Positions 28,296 through 37,619 of a DNA stretch of 64,000 bases are shown here, piece by piece. The translations under genes were made by a program, and so were the position numbers. The notes beneath the pieces were generated by a model. The model was given only the letters and a program-made list of their open reading frames with translations, did not search any database and had not been told where the DNA came from. Origin of the DNA: an uncultured Collinsella sp. Its GTDB lineage: Bacteria > Actinomycetota > Coriobacteriia > Coriobacteriales > Coriobacteriaceae. The stretch spans positions 1,702 through 65,701 of the forward strand of contig UQYE01000003.1 of the NCBI GenBank assembly GCA_900545145.1. The letters run 5' to 3'. Every line of letters starts with the position of its first letter. Positions within the stretch are counted from its first letter, which is position 1.

Positions 28296-28661
28296 ATGCA
28301 AATAAGAGGAGAGGCCGCGATTGCCTGTGGGTTCATGGCGGGCCTGGCAACGGGGTTGCTGTTCGATGGATGTTTCGACAGCTATATCAATCGATTCTGC
28401 GATTTTGGTTTTTCGAGAGGCAAGCCTTGGAAAACAGCGCCAGCTCGTCAAGAGGTGGCCGCGCCCATCGAGCCCCGCAGTGTGGATACCTCAAAAATCA
28501 AGGTAATCGTCACTAAGAACGGCAAGATTTACCACCGTTCTACGGGGTGCAAAAGCCTTCCTCAAAACGCCATTAAAACAAGCGTACCATTAGCGGCTGC
28601 ACTCAAGCGAGGCAAGACGCCCTGCCCAACATGCTGCCCGCCAACAGTGTGCTCGATCTAG
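28296..28661 (+). CDS. Small membrane-anchored protein with C-terminal His/Cys metal-binding motif
   Basis: AAGGAGG RBS; VIVTKNGKIYHRSTGCKSL...GKTPCPTCCPP. Confidence 0.75.
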   Translation: MQIRGEAAIACGFMAGLATGLLFDGCFDSYINRFCDFGFSRGKPWKTAPARQEVAAPIEPRSVDTSKIKVIVTKNGKIYHRSTGCKSLPQNAIKTSVPLAAALKRGKTPCPTCCPPTVCSI

Positions 28662-28664
28662 TTT

Positions 28665-28688
28665 TTTGGGTGTTTGATCCGTTTGGAT
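28665..28688 (+). repeat. 23/24-bp direct repeat, copy 2
   Basis: See 13562-13584. Confidence 0.65.
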
Positions 28689-28789
28689 GGAAGAACGAAG
28701 GGTAAGCCCTAAGGGATACAGATGCCGGCCCGGCCTGCAATTTCTTCCATTGATTTGTCCAGAGTCGCACAGCACGGAGGTGTTGCTTA

Positions 28790-29545
28790 ATGTCCATTTT
28801 CGTTACCGGAGACGTTCACGGTGTTGCCGAGTACGGGGCGAGCCGCTTCTCGTCGCGCGTTTGGCCATTGGGCCGTACGCCGACGCGCGATGACGTGGTG
28901 ATCGTTGCCGGCGACTTTGGCTTTATATGGAGCGGCTCAAACACCGACAAATACTGGCTTGACTGGTTTGAGTCCAAGCCCTGGACCACGTGCTTTGTCG
29001 ACGGCAATCACGAGAACCATCATCTGCTGGCGGGACTGCCAATGCGAGAGTGGAATGGGGGTCTCGTTCACGAGGCTCGCCCGCATGTGCTGCACCTGAT
29101 GCGCGGCGAGGTGTTCGACATCGTCGGGACCACGGTGCTCGCCATGGGCGGCGCCGCGAGCCATGACAAACAGTGGCGCCAGGAGGGAAAGACGTGGTGG
29201 CCCGAGGAGATGCCGAGCGAGCGCGAGATGAGCCATTGCCGCGCCTCGCTCGATCGCGCGGGCTGGAAGGTCGACTATGTTGTGACGCACGAGGCACCGG
29301 TCGATTTGGCTGACGAGCTGTGCATGGAGTGCAATCGCGAGTTCTACGACGATTCGCTGCAGGCCTTTTTGGGCGAGCTCGACGGGCGGCTCGACTACCG
29401 CACCTGGTTCTTTGGCCATTACCATGACGATGAATGGCGCGATGACAAGCATCGCCTTATCTACCAAGATATTGTGCCGATCGAAGCGCGATGTGCCGAT
29501 GGGCAGGATGAGACGGCGAGTGACTATTTTGAGCAAGAGCGTTAG
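28790..29545 (+). CDS. Calcineurin-like metallophosphoesterase (paralog A)
   Basis: GDVHG, GDFG, DGNHEN, THEAP, FGHYH. Confidence 0.9.
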   Translation: MSIFVTGDVHGVAEYGASRFSSRVWPLGRTPTRDDVVIVAGDFGFIWSGSNTDKYWLDWFESKPWTTCFVDGNHENHHLLAGLPMREWNGGLVHEARPHVLHLMRGEVFDIVGTTVLAMGGAASHDKQWRQEGKTWWPEEMPSEREMSHCRASLDRAGWKVDYVVTHEAPVDLADELCMECNREFYDDSLQAFLGELDGRLDYRTWFFGHYHDDEWRDDKHRLIYQDIVPIEARCADGQDETASDYFEQER

Positions 29546-29554
29546 GAGGTCCCC

Positions 29555-30193
29555 GTGATCTGGTTTACCAGCGATACGCACTTCGGACACGAGAACATGC
29601 TACGGCTATGCGATAGGCCTTGGTCGACTGTTGCGCAGATGAACGATGCCATGGTCGCCAGTATTAACAGCAAGGTCGCTGCGGATGACGAGCTCTACAT
29701 CTTGGGCGACTTTAGCTTTAAGATGACGGTCCAAGAGGCCTACGAGCTGCGCAAAAGCATTGCATGTAAGCGCGTCCACCTGCTGCCCGGCAATCACGAC
29801 AAAGACTGGACGCAGCCTGCGGTGGCGGATGCCTTTATCGTCGAGCCGCCCATTTGCGTGCTCAAGATCGACCGTCAAAAAATCGTGCTGAGCCACTATC
29901 CCATGGTCGACTGGCAGGGTATGTCGCATGGCGGCTGGCATCTTCACGGGCATATCCACAGCTGCGGCGGCGCGTACAACAAGTTCAACCTTAGACAGGG
30001 GCTGCTGCGCTATGACGTGGGCGTGGACGCTAACAGCTACGCCCCGGTAAGTCTGGATGAGCTTAAGTTGTGGTTTGCGCAGGTAGACGAGCCGGTGCGT
30101 TGCGTTAAATGGCCGTGGTGGGTCAACGCCACGGGTGATGAGCAGATCGAGCACGATCTCGAAACCTATAAGAGGGAAGCGGTAATCAGATGA
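29555..30193 (+). CDS. Calcineurin-like metallophosphoesterase (SDTHFGH type)
   Basis: SDTHFGH, LGDF, GNHD, SHYP, HGHIH, DVGVD. Confidence 0.9.
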   Translation: MIWFTSDTHFGHENMLRLCDRPWSTVAQMNDAMVASINSKVAADDELYILGDFSFKMTVQEAYELRKSIACKRVHLLPGNHDKDWTQPAVADAFIVEPPICVLKIDRQKIVLSHYPMVDWQGMSHGGWHLHGHIHSCGGAYNKFNLRQGLLRYDVGVDANSYAPVSLDELKLWFAQVDEPVRCVKWPWWVNATGDEQIEHDLETYKREAVIR

Positions 30194-30915
30194 CGGTCTA
30201 TGTGACGGGCGATATTCACGGTGGTCTCGACATGCAAAAGCTGCGCGACTGGGATCTTGGGGATAGCCTGACGAGCGACGACTATCTGATTGTCGCGGGC
30301 GACTTTGGCTTTCCGTGGGATTTCTCTGCCGAGGAATGCGCCGACATCGCCTGGCTGGAATCGTGTCCCTATACCGTGCTGTTCGTCGACGGCAATCACG
30401 AGCGTTTCGATTACTGGGCGGAGCGCCCCATGGAGCTGTGGCACGGTGGGTTGACACAGCGCCTGTCGGATACCGCTCCCATACGGCGCCTGACGCGCGG
30501 CGAGGTTTTTGAGCTCGACGGCTCAACGGTCTTTACCATGGGCGGCGCCACGAGCGTGGACAAGGAATACCGCATTCCGTATTCCAGCTGGTGGCCGCAG
30601 GAGCTGCCGGACGAGCGCAACTTTGAGGAGGCACGGACAAAGCTCGACGGCGTGGGCTGGAAGGTCGACTACGTGATCACCCACACCTGCTCCACGCGCA
30701 TGCTTTCGCCCACGCTCTATCCGGGGCCCGGCTGGAATTGCCCTGCCGTTGATCGGCTTACGGCATTTTTCGATGAGCTGGAAGACCACTTGGATTACAG
30801 GCGCTGGTACTACGGGCATTTTCATCGAGATGCCAACCCGGCCGAGCGTCATACCGTGCTCTACGACTGCATCGTTCGCTTGGGCGACGAACTCCAGCCC
30901 TGGGATGTTGCGTAG
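30190..30915 (+). CDS. Calcineurin-like metallophosphoesterase (paralog B)
   Basis: GDIHG, GDFG, DGNHE, THTC, YGHFH; clearly similar to 28790-29545. Confidence 0.9.
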   Translation: MTVYVTGDIHGGLDMQKLRDWDLGDSLTSDDYLIVAGDFGFPWDFSAEECADIAWLESCPYTVLFVDGNHERFDYWAERPMELWHGGLTQRLSDTAPIRRLTRGEVFELDGSTVFTMGGATSVDKEYRIPYSSWWPQELPDERNFEEARTKLDGVGWKVDYVITHTCSTRMLSPTLYPGPGWNCPAVDRLTAFFDELEDHLDYRRWYYGHFHRDANPAERHTVLYDCIVRLGDELQPWDVA

Positions 30916-30930
30916 GGGTGGGGTGCCTGA

Positions 30931-31935
30931 TTACTCAGCCGTTACGGTGATGTTCTCCCTGTGCTTGCGGATAACATCCCAGCTAAAGTGCTCGACCAGC
31001 CGCTCGGCAGAGCGCGGCGTGGTGTCCGGCGCGATGCCCGTTTGCCCGGCGAGCCAGCCCAGCAGCGCTTCGGGCGTGCCAAAGCGGGCGCGGAGTTCGC
31101 CCAGGTCCAGATCGCGGTCTCGTTTGGAAAGGCGACGGCCGTCCGGTGCCATGAGCAGCGGAATATGTGCGTAGTGCGGCGTGGGCAGTCCCAACAGGTG
31201 CTGCAGATAGATCTGGCGCGGCGTGGACCCCAGCAGGTCGCATCCGCGCACGACCTCGGTGACGCCCATGGCAGCGTCGTCGACCACCACGGCTAGCTGA
31301 TAGGCAAACACGCCGTCGCTGCGGCGCACCAAAAAGTCGCCGCACTCGGTGGCGAGTGCTTCGCATTGGGCGCCGTACGTGCGATCCACAAATTCGATCA
31401 CGTCGTCTGCGAGGTCGTCGACGGTGGGCACGCGCAGACGTGTGGCCGGGGCGCGCAGGGCGCTGCGGCGGGCCACCTCCTCGGCCGAAAGACTTCGGCA
31501 GGCGCCACGGTAGATGGGCGTGCCGTCGCTCGCGTGCGGTGCACTCGCGGCGTGGAGCTCGGCGCGTGTGCAAAAGCAGGGATAGGTGAGGCCGGCGTCT
31601 TTCAGCCGGCGCAAGGCGCTCTCGTACAGGTCTAGGCGGTCGTGCTGGTAGTAGGGGCCTTCGTCCCACTCCAGCCCCAGCCAGGCCAGGTCGTCAATCA
31701 ATTGGGCGGCAAGTTCCGGGCGCTTGCAGCGATCGTCCAGGTCCTCAATGCGTAACACGATGCTGCCGCCCTGGCTGCGGGCCGAAAGCCATGCGCACAG
31801 GCAGCTGAACACGTTGCCCAGGTGCATACGGCCCGAGGGCGACGGGGCGAAGCGCCCCACGACGGGCGCGGGAGCGGCCGGCGTCGTTGGCGCGTCGGCG
31901 GCGGTTGTTGCTATGTTGCGTGCGTTGATGTCCAT
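30931..31935 (-). CDS. gluQ: Glutamyl-queuosine tRNA(Asp) synthetase
   Basis: GRFAPSPSGRMHLGN, LRIEDLD, YPCFCTR, YQLAVVVDD, RLSKR; no anticodon-binding domain. Confidence 0.9.
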   Translation of the reverse strand: MDINARNIATTAADAPTTPAAPAPVVGRFAPSPSGRMHLGNVFSCLCAWLSARSQGGSIVLRIEDLDDRCKRPELAAQLIDDLAWLGLEWDEGPYYQHDRLDLYESALRRLKDAGLTYPCFCTRAELHAASAPHASDGTPIYRGACRSLSAEEVARRSALRAPATRLRVPTVDDLADDVIEFVDRTYGAQCEALATECGDFLVRRSDGVFAYQLAVVVDDAAMGVTEVVRGCDLLGSTPRQIYLQHLLGLPTPHYAHIPLLMAPDGRRLSKRDRDLDLGELRARFGTPEALLGWLAGQTGIAPDTTPRSAERLVEHFSWDVIRKHRENITVTAE

Positions 31936-32059
31936 GCGGACGAGTATAGCGCGGGGCGTGGTGGGGGAGACGCTGCCGTGGCCTGCAAGTTGCTGAGGCC
32001 ACACGTTGCGCGTGCCGGACCACCGGCTCGGCGCCTTAATCGTCGTCAATCAATCTAGC

Positions 32060-32250
32060 CCTCAAACGACAGAAACCCCGGCAGCTCTTCGCAACTGCCG
32101 GGGTTTCCGCGGAAAAGGGGGACATGATCCTCAAGCGGACGGCAAAGGGGCAAACCGTTTTCGCTCAACTGCTTTATGCCCCTCAACTGGCGGCTCAATC
32201 AGCGCATGCCGCGCCCACACAAAGCCGCTACACCTGTGATGGAGCTATGA
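32060..32250 (-). ncRNA. Candidate structured small RNA
   Basis: Three consecutive stems ending in a terminator-like hairpin, inside a divergent intergenic region; ends approximate. Confidence 0.35.
32072..32107 (-). terminator. Perfect 13-bp stem hairpin
   Basis: GAAACCCCGGCAG...CTGCCGGGGTTTC; strand is inferred. Confidence 0.6.
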
Positions 32251-32443
32251 AGTGGTATCTATTGCCGGAGCGGGCTATGCCAAGGAGTGTCCCAGATTGC
32301 CGGCAGATAAGGAACGTCCCCAGGTGCCGGCCGCGGGCGTGACTTTCGTCCCGTTTGATACTCCGCTGACCTAGATGTTCGTCACATGAACCCGCAAACG
32401 TGGGACAATGACGCTACTGGTATCACAGACAAAGGATGTGCCT

Positions 32444-34390
32444 ATGAACGCCCCCGTTGCCAAGACCTGTCGGCAGCGCTGCCCGTTTGCGCGATTTGCT
32501 TCCATTTGTGCGCTCGTCGCGTGCGCGCTGCTGCTGTTGCCCGCCGTTGCACGTGCCGACGGGTATTCCATGACCCAAACCTACATCAGTGCCACGGTCG
32601 AGGCCGATGGATCGCTGGCCGTTGTCGAGGGACGCCAGTTTGATTTCGACGACGACATCAACGGCGTGTTTTGGGAGATCAATACGGGCTCCAACCAGCA
32701 GGGCGGCACGGCGGGCGTCGACGTGCTGAGTGTCGAGGAAGAGGACACCGCGTTTAACAAAGTCGATAGCGCGAACAAGGGCGACTCTGGCGTCTACACG
32801 GTCGAGCAGACCGGTGACGGCGTAAGGATTAAGGTGTTCAGCCCTCACGAGAGCGGCGACAGCGCAATCTACTACGTGAGCTACACCATGACCGGTGCGG
32901 TTATGAACTGGGCCGATACCGCCGAGCTCTACTGGAAGTTCGTGGGTGACGGCTGGTCTGCGGATTCCGATGACGTCGAGATGGAAGTGTGCTTCGCGAA
33001 TGCCGCTGCCGGGACGGCGGCCGTCAAGGGCGATAACTTCCGCGCATGGGGCCATGGTCCGCTGACGGGCGACGTGTCGCTCGATGAGGACGAGCCCATG
33101 GTCACCTATACCATTCCCTGCGTGCACCAGGGCGAATTCGCCGAGGCACGCATCGCCTTCCCTAGCGACTGGGTGCCGCAGCTTGCCGCTTCGGGCGAAG
33201 AGCGCATGTCAACGATCCTGAGCGAAGAGAAGGAATGGGCCGACGAAGCTAACGCCCGCCGTGAGCACGCGCGTGCGGTTGCCAGCGCGATTGCCGTGGT
33301 GTGTGTTGTTGTGGCGGTTGCCTATACCGGTGTAATCGTGATGCTCAAGCTGCGCAGGCCCAAGCCCAAGCCGCTCTTCCAGGACGAGTACTTCCGCGAT
33401 GTGCCCTCCGCCGATCATCCCGCGGTGCTTGCAACTCTTATGAGCTGGAACGACGTGCCCGATCAGGCATATATCGCCACGCTGATGAAGCTGACCGACG
33501 ACCGCGTGATCAAGCTGGAAGAAGCGACCGAGACCAAGAAGAAGGGTCTGCTCCGTCGCGAAAAAGAGGAGCAGACGTATCGCATCACAGTGACCGACGA
33601 GGCCTGGAAGGCTGCCAAGAAGGACGGCATCGATCGCGACGTGCTCAAGGTCTTCTTCGCTGGCGTTAAGCCCGATAAAGACGGCGTCCGTTCGCGCACG
33701 TTTAGCGAGCTGGAGGAGTATGCCAGCGAGCGTACTGAATCTGTTGGCGACAAGCTCGAGGACTATCAGAGCACGGTTAAGGGCAAGCTGGAGGAGCGCG
33801 AGTTTATCGCATCGGATGGCACTATCGCGATGGTGGCCGGCCTGGTTCTCGGCATCATCATTGTCTTTGGCATTTTGGGCTCTCTGTTCTATACCGACTT
33901 TGCGGACGCCAACGTCGGTGCCGCTATGATTTCGATCCCCGTCACGATCGTGGGCTTTGTCCTGAGCTGCACCTTCCGCCGTTACACGCCGGAGGGCGCC
34001 GAGGTGGCGGCTCGCTGCAAGGCGCTCAAGCATTGGCTCGAGGACTTTACGCGCCTGAAGGAGGCTATCCCCAGCGACCTAATCTTGTGGAACAAACTGC
34101 TGGTGATGGGCGTTGCCCTGGGCGTTTCGAAAGAAGTGCTGCGACAGCTGGCCGAGGCCGTGCCTGCGGATCTGCGCAACAGCGACGATTTCTACGACAA
34201 CTACCCCTGCTACTGGTGGTATTACCATCACTACGGCAACGAGTCTCCGCTCGATTCGTTCAACGAGGTGTATCACGAGACCATCCGCGAGCTGGCTTCG
34301 AGTTCCGATAGCTCGAGCGGCGGCAGCGGCGGCGGCTTTTCCGGTGGCGGCGGTGGCGGCGTCGGCGGAGGCGGCGGCGGAACGTTCTAG
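32444..34390 (+). CDS. DUF2207-family membrane protein
   Basis: Signal peptide, DTAELYWKFVG, WGHGPL, TM pair, LWNKLLVMGVALGV, Gly-rich C-terminus GGGFSGGGGGGVGGGGGGTF. Confidence 0.9.
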   Translation: MNAPVAKTCRQRCPFARFASICALVACALLLLPAVARADGYSMTQTYISATVEADGSLAVVEGRQFDFDDDINGVFWEINTGSNQQGGTAGVDVLSVEEEDTAFNKVDSANKGDSGVYTVEQTGDGVRIKVFSPHESGDSAIYYVSYTMTGAVMNWADTAELYWKFVGDGWSADSDDVEMEVCFANAAAGTAAVKGDNFRAWGHGPLTGDVSLDEDEPMVTYTIPCVHQGEFAEARIAFPSDWVPQLAASGEERMSTILSEEKEWADEANARREHARAVASAIAVVCVVVAVAYTGVIVMLKLRRPKPKPLFQDEYFRDVPSADHPAVLATLMSWNDVPDQAYIATLMKLTDDRVIKLEEATETKKKGLLRREKEEQTYRITVTDEAWKAAKKDGIDRDVLKVFFAGVKPDKDGVRSRTFSELEEYASERTESVGDKLEDYQSTVKGKLEEREFIASDGTIAMVAGLVLGIIIVFGILGSLFYTDFADANVGAAMISIPVTIVGFVLSCTFRRYTPEGAEVAARCKALKHWLEDFTRLKEAIPSDLILWNKLLVMGVALGVSKEVLRQLAEAVPADLRNSDDFYDNYPCYWWYYHHYGNESPLDSFNEVYHETIRELASSSDSSSGGSGGGFSGGGGGGVGGGGGGTF

Positions 34391-34504
34391 CGAGCGCTTG
34401 CTTTGGGGTGGATCTTTCTGGGCGGTTGCCAGGGAAGATTCATCCCATTTTTGTGCATCGAAACGGGTCAAACTTTCCGCTGCGGACCTTCGCGCAAGGG
34501 ACAG

Positions 34505-34732
34505 TGGACAAAAAATGCCAAATATGAGTACTGTTGCTGCGTTGGTCACATATGTTTGCACATAATAATGGGCTCCTAATGAGAGTACTTCTCGTTAGGA
34601 GCCCATTTTATTGAACATTTGGGGAGTTATGTCAGCTCGTGCAGCTGGTCGTCATGCCTATAAGCATCAAAAATGCCCCAAATCGCTGCTACTAAAAAGG
34701 TAACAGTACTCATATTTGATGTTTTTTGACCA
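34505..34732. repeat. About 230-bp palindromic element with 33-bp imperfect terminal inverted repeats and a central hairpin
   Basis: TGGACAAAAAATGCCAAATATGAGTACTGTTGC / GTAACAGTACTCATATTTGATGTTTTTTGACCA; internal stem 34567-34607. Confidence 0.7.
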
Positions 34733-34759
34733 GGGCTATCTACAAACCCCCTAGGCCAC

Positions 34760-34825
34760 TCATTGGGGACAGACTTAAATGACTAGTTGTTGGGGATCAG
34801 TCATTGGGGACGTTCTTAAATGACC
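34760..34825 (+). repeat. Two REP-like direct repeats
   Basis: TCATTGGGGACAGACTTAAATGAC and TCATTGGGGACGTTCTTAAATGAC. Confidence 0.65.
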
Positions 34826-34842
34826 AGGTGTGGCTGCTTGGG

Positions 34843-35484
34843 CTAGGCTGTTAGGTCGAGTTCGTAGAGAAAGCTTTCGCGCGGCATGTCGTGACGACGC
34901 TCTTCGCGGTTGGCGCGGTGCGTGGCCGTGCGCTTAAAGCCGTGCAGCTCGTAGAACTTCCACGAGCAGTTAGAGTCGGTGTACAAGTGCGCCCTTGTCG
35001 CCCCGCGCGAGGACAGGTACGAGACCGCGGCATCGAGCAAAACCGAGCCAACGCCCAGGCCATGGACATCGGGATCGACGGCGAGCAGCGTGACTTCGTT
35101 GTCGTGCGGCAACGGGCTGCTCTCGAGCAGGCGGTTGTTGGTTCGAATGGTGGCGCGCACAAACGAGAGATACTCGGCGCAGACATCAGGCTCCAGCTCG
35201 CGCATCTGCGAAAGCAGCGCGCGTTCGGTATCCATCCAGTGTTCCTTAACGGTGGCGCCGGAACTCTGTCCCGCACGCGCGAGCGAAATGCCACGCGCCT
35301 GACCGTCGATTACGGCAACCTGCGAAAACGTCGATGACGAAAGGCAATAGGCGAGGTCGCACGCGGCCTCAAGGCGGTTGTACTCATCGTTATCCGAATT
35401 GTTATGCCAAAGCTGCTGCAGAATCAGCGCGATGGCGTCGAAGTCTTCGGTATCAAACGGTCGGTAGAGAACCCGCGAGACCAT
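34843..35484 (-). CDS. GNAT-family acetyltransferase
   Basis: LLAVDPDVHGLGVGSVLL, LYTDSNCSWKFYELHGF. Confidence 0.88.
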   Translation of the reverse strand: MVSRVLYRPFDTEDFDAIALILQQLWHNNSDNDEYNRLEAACDLAYCLSSSTFSQVAVIDGQARGISLARAGQSSGATVKEHWMDTERALLSQMRELEPDVCAEYLSFVRATIRTNNRLLESSPLPHDNEVTLLAVDPDVHGLGVGSVLLDAAVSYLSSRGATRAHLYTDSNCSWKFYELHGFKRTATHRANREERRHDMPRESFLYELDLTA

Positions 35485-35761
35485 GGTGCCTCTTTCTTTT
35501 GCGGATGCATATCGAGCACAGTTCTACCACGCTATTGGCATCTAATTATGGTGCCCCTGTGTTCCATGAACTCACCGTGCCCGGTGCCGTGCCCATCCCC
35601 TCCGCTCGCAAACTTTTTCTGCACATGCGCTCGTTGCGGGGTGCATCGATGCGCTCGATGCGCTACATTGAATCAGTATTTTCAATGCCGCTGCGCGAGC
35701 GCTGCAGATCGACGTATCACCGACTCACAGAGCACGGCGGCGTACCAGACAGGAGGACTGC

Positions 35762-37369
35762 ATGGGATCTGATGTGAAGATCGCACGCGCGTTGATCTCG
35801 GTTACCGATAAAACGGGTGTCGTCGATTTCGCACGGACGCTGGTCGATGACTTTGGCGTCGAGATCATCTCTACGGGCGGCACGGCTCGTGCCATCGAGG
35901 ACGCGGGCGTTCCCGTAACCCCCATCGAGGAGTTCACGGGCTATCCCGAGATGATGGACGGCCGCGTTAAGACCCTGCACCCCAAGGTTCACGGCGCGCT
36001 GCTGGCCCGCCGCGATTCCGAGCAGCACATGCAGGAGGCCGCTCAGCACGGCATTAAGCTGATCGACTTGGTCGTCGTCAACCTGTACGAGTTCGAGAAG
36101 ACCGTCGCCAACCCCGAGGTCACCTTTGCGGATGCCATCGAGCACATCGACATCGGTGGCCCTTCCATGTTGCGCTCTGCCGCCAAGAACGCCGCGAGCG
36201 TTACCGTCATCTCCGACCCGGCCGACTATGATGCCGTCCTGGCCGAGATGCGCGAGACCGGTGGCTGCACCACGCTTTCCACCCGTCGTCGCCTGCAGGT
36301 GAAGGTCTACCAGACCACCGCCGCCTACGACACGGCTATCTCCCGTTGGCTTGCCGCCCAGGCAAGCGACGTGGCGGACACCTCTGCCAAGCTCGAGATC
36401 TCGCTGGAAAAGGTCGACGACCTGCGCTATGGCGAGAACCCGCAGCAGAAGGCCACGGTCTATCGCTTTGCCGAGGGCTGCGAGAACACCGCGAGCTCTC
36501 AGTTCCCGCTCGTGGGCTCCGAGCAGATCCAGGGCAAGCCGCTCAGCTACAACAACTATCTGGATGCCGATGCCGCTTGGAACCTGGTCCGCGAGTTCGA
36601 CGAGCCGGCCTGCGTGATCCTTAAGCATCAGAACCCCTGCGGTTCCGCCGTTGCCGAGGACATCACGGCTGCCTACGACCGTGCCTTTGCCTGCGATCCC
36701 AAGAGCGCCTTTGGTGGCATCATCGCCTGCAACCGCGAGGTCCCCTTTGAGCTGGTTGAGCACTTTGCCGATCAGAACAAGCAGTTCGTCGAGGTCATCA
36801 TCGCCCCGGGCTACACCGACGAGGCGCTCGAGCGCATGGCCAAGCGCCCCAACCTGCGCGTGCTGGCTACCGGCGGCGTAGACCACGGCGCCCAGGTGGA
36901 GCTGCGCTCCATCGACGGCGGCATGCTGGTGCAGGAGGTCGACCACGTGACCGAGGACCCCGCGACCTTTACGTTCCCCACCGACCGCAAGCCCACCGAT
37001 GCCGAGATGGCCGAGCTCGAGTTTGCCTGGAAGGTCTGCAAGGGCGTCAAGTCCAACGCCATCCTGGTCTCCAAGGGCAAGGCCGGCATTGGCATGGGCC
37101 CCGGTCAGCCCAACCGCGTTGACTCTGCGCTGCTTGCCTGCGAGCGCGCCGAGGACTTCTGCGAGCGCGAGGGCGTGGAGAAGGGCGGCTTTGCCTGCGC
37201 AAGCGACGCGTTCTTCCCGTTCCGCGACAACGTCGACGTGCTTGCCGCACACGGCGTGACCTGCATCATCCAGCCCGGCGGCTCCAAGCGCGATGACGAG
37301 AGCATCCAGGCCTGCAACGAGCACGATATTGCTATGGTCTTCACGGGCGCTCGCCACTTCCGCCATTAA
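35762..37369 (+). CDS. purH: Bifunctional AICAR transformylase/IMP cyclohydrolase
   Basis: [54 protein letters not shown]. Confidence 0.98.
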   Translation: MGSDVKIARALISVTDKTGVVDFARTLVDDFGVEIISTGGTARAIEDAGVPVTPIEEFTGYPEMMDGRVKTLHPKVHGALLARRDSEQHMQEAAQHGIKLIDLVVVNLYEFEKTVANPEVTFADAIEHIDIGGPSMLRSAAKNAASVTVISDPADYDAVLAEMRETGGCTTLSTRRRLQVKVYQTTAAYDTAISRWLAAQASDVADTSAKLEISLEKVDDLRYGENPQQKATVYRFAEGCENTASSQFPLVGSEQIQGKPLSYNNYLDADAAWNLVREFDEPACVILKHQNPCGSAVAEDITAAYDRAFACDPKSAFGGIIACNREVPFELVEHFADQNKQFVEVIIAPGYTDEALERMAKRPNLRVLATGGVDHGAQVELRSIDGGMLVQEVDHVTEDPATFTFPTDRKPTDAEMAELEFAWKVCKGVKSNAILVSKGKAGIGMGPGQPNRVDSALLACERAEDFCEREGVEKGGFACASDAFFPFRDNVDVLAAHGVTCIIQPGGSKRDDESIQACNEHDIAMVFTGARHFRH

Positions 37370-37384
37370 GTAGGGAGGTGGCGC

Positions 37385-37490
37385 TGCGGCTTGCCCAACC
37401 ACCGCACCTTGCCGCTCATTCGTCGCTCGCGTACCCAAGTACGCGTCGCTCCTCTTTCACGGCAATCTGCGGCACCTGGGCAACCCTCGC
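37385..37490. repeat. Long imperfect hairpin (REP-like)
   Basis: Nested stems TTGCCCA/TGGGCAA, CCGCA/TGCGG, TTGCCG/CGGCAA, CGCGTAC/GTACGCG. Confidence 0.55.
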
Positions 37491-37567
37491 CGACCTGTTA
37501 GGTTGACTGGGGAGGATGGGATGTTATCTCGTCCCTTGGACCGCCTCGCTTCTAAAATAATCTCTGC

Positions 37568-37603
37568 AAAAGACGGCCGCTCCGTTTGGAGGGCCGTCTT
37601 TTT
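37568..37603. terminator. Bidirectional-type intrinsic terminator
   Basis: AAAAGACGGCC...GGCCGTCTTTTT. Confidence 0.7.
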
Positions 37604-37619
37604 GGTATAAGAGGACGGA

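Larger units (their letters stand above)
1..30930. mobile_element. Right part of a putative integrative conjugative element / genomic island (left end outside window)
   Basis: Contains a VirD4-like T4CP, defence genes, hypothetical cargo, pseudogenes, an AT-rich block and a sortase-anchored adhesin. Housekeeping genes begin abruptly at the 3' end of gluQ. No integrase or relaxase in the window; the boundary is approximate. Confidence 0.75.

Noticed and set aside
30915..32400. tRNA gene at the island boundary
   Set aside because: No cloverleaf with GTTCRA T-loop found on either strand.
35490..35761. ZMP/ZTP (pfl) riboswitch upstream of purH
   Set aside because: Could not find the expected GACTGGCG...CGCCTGGG pseudoknot elements by eye.
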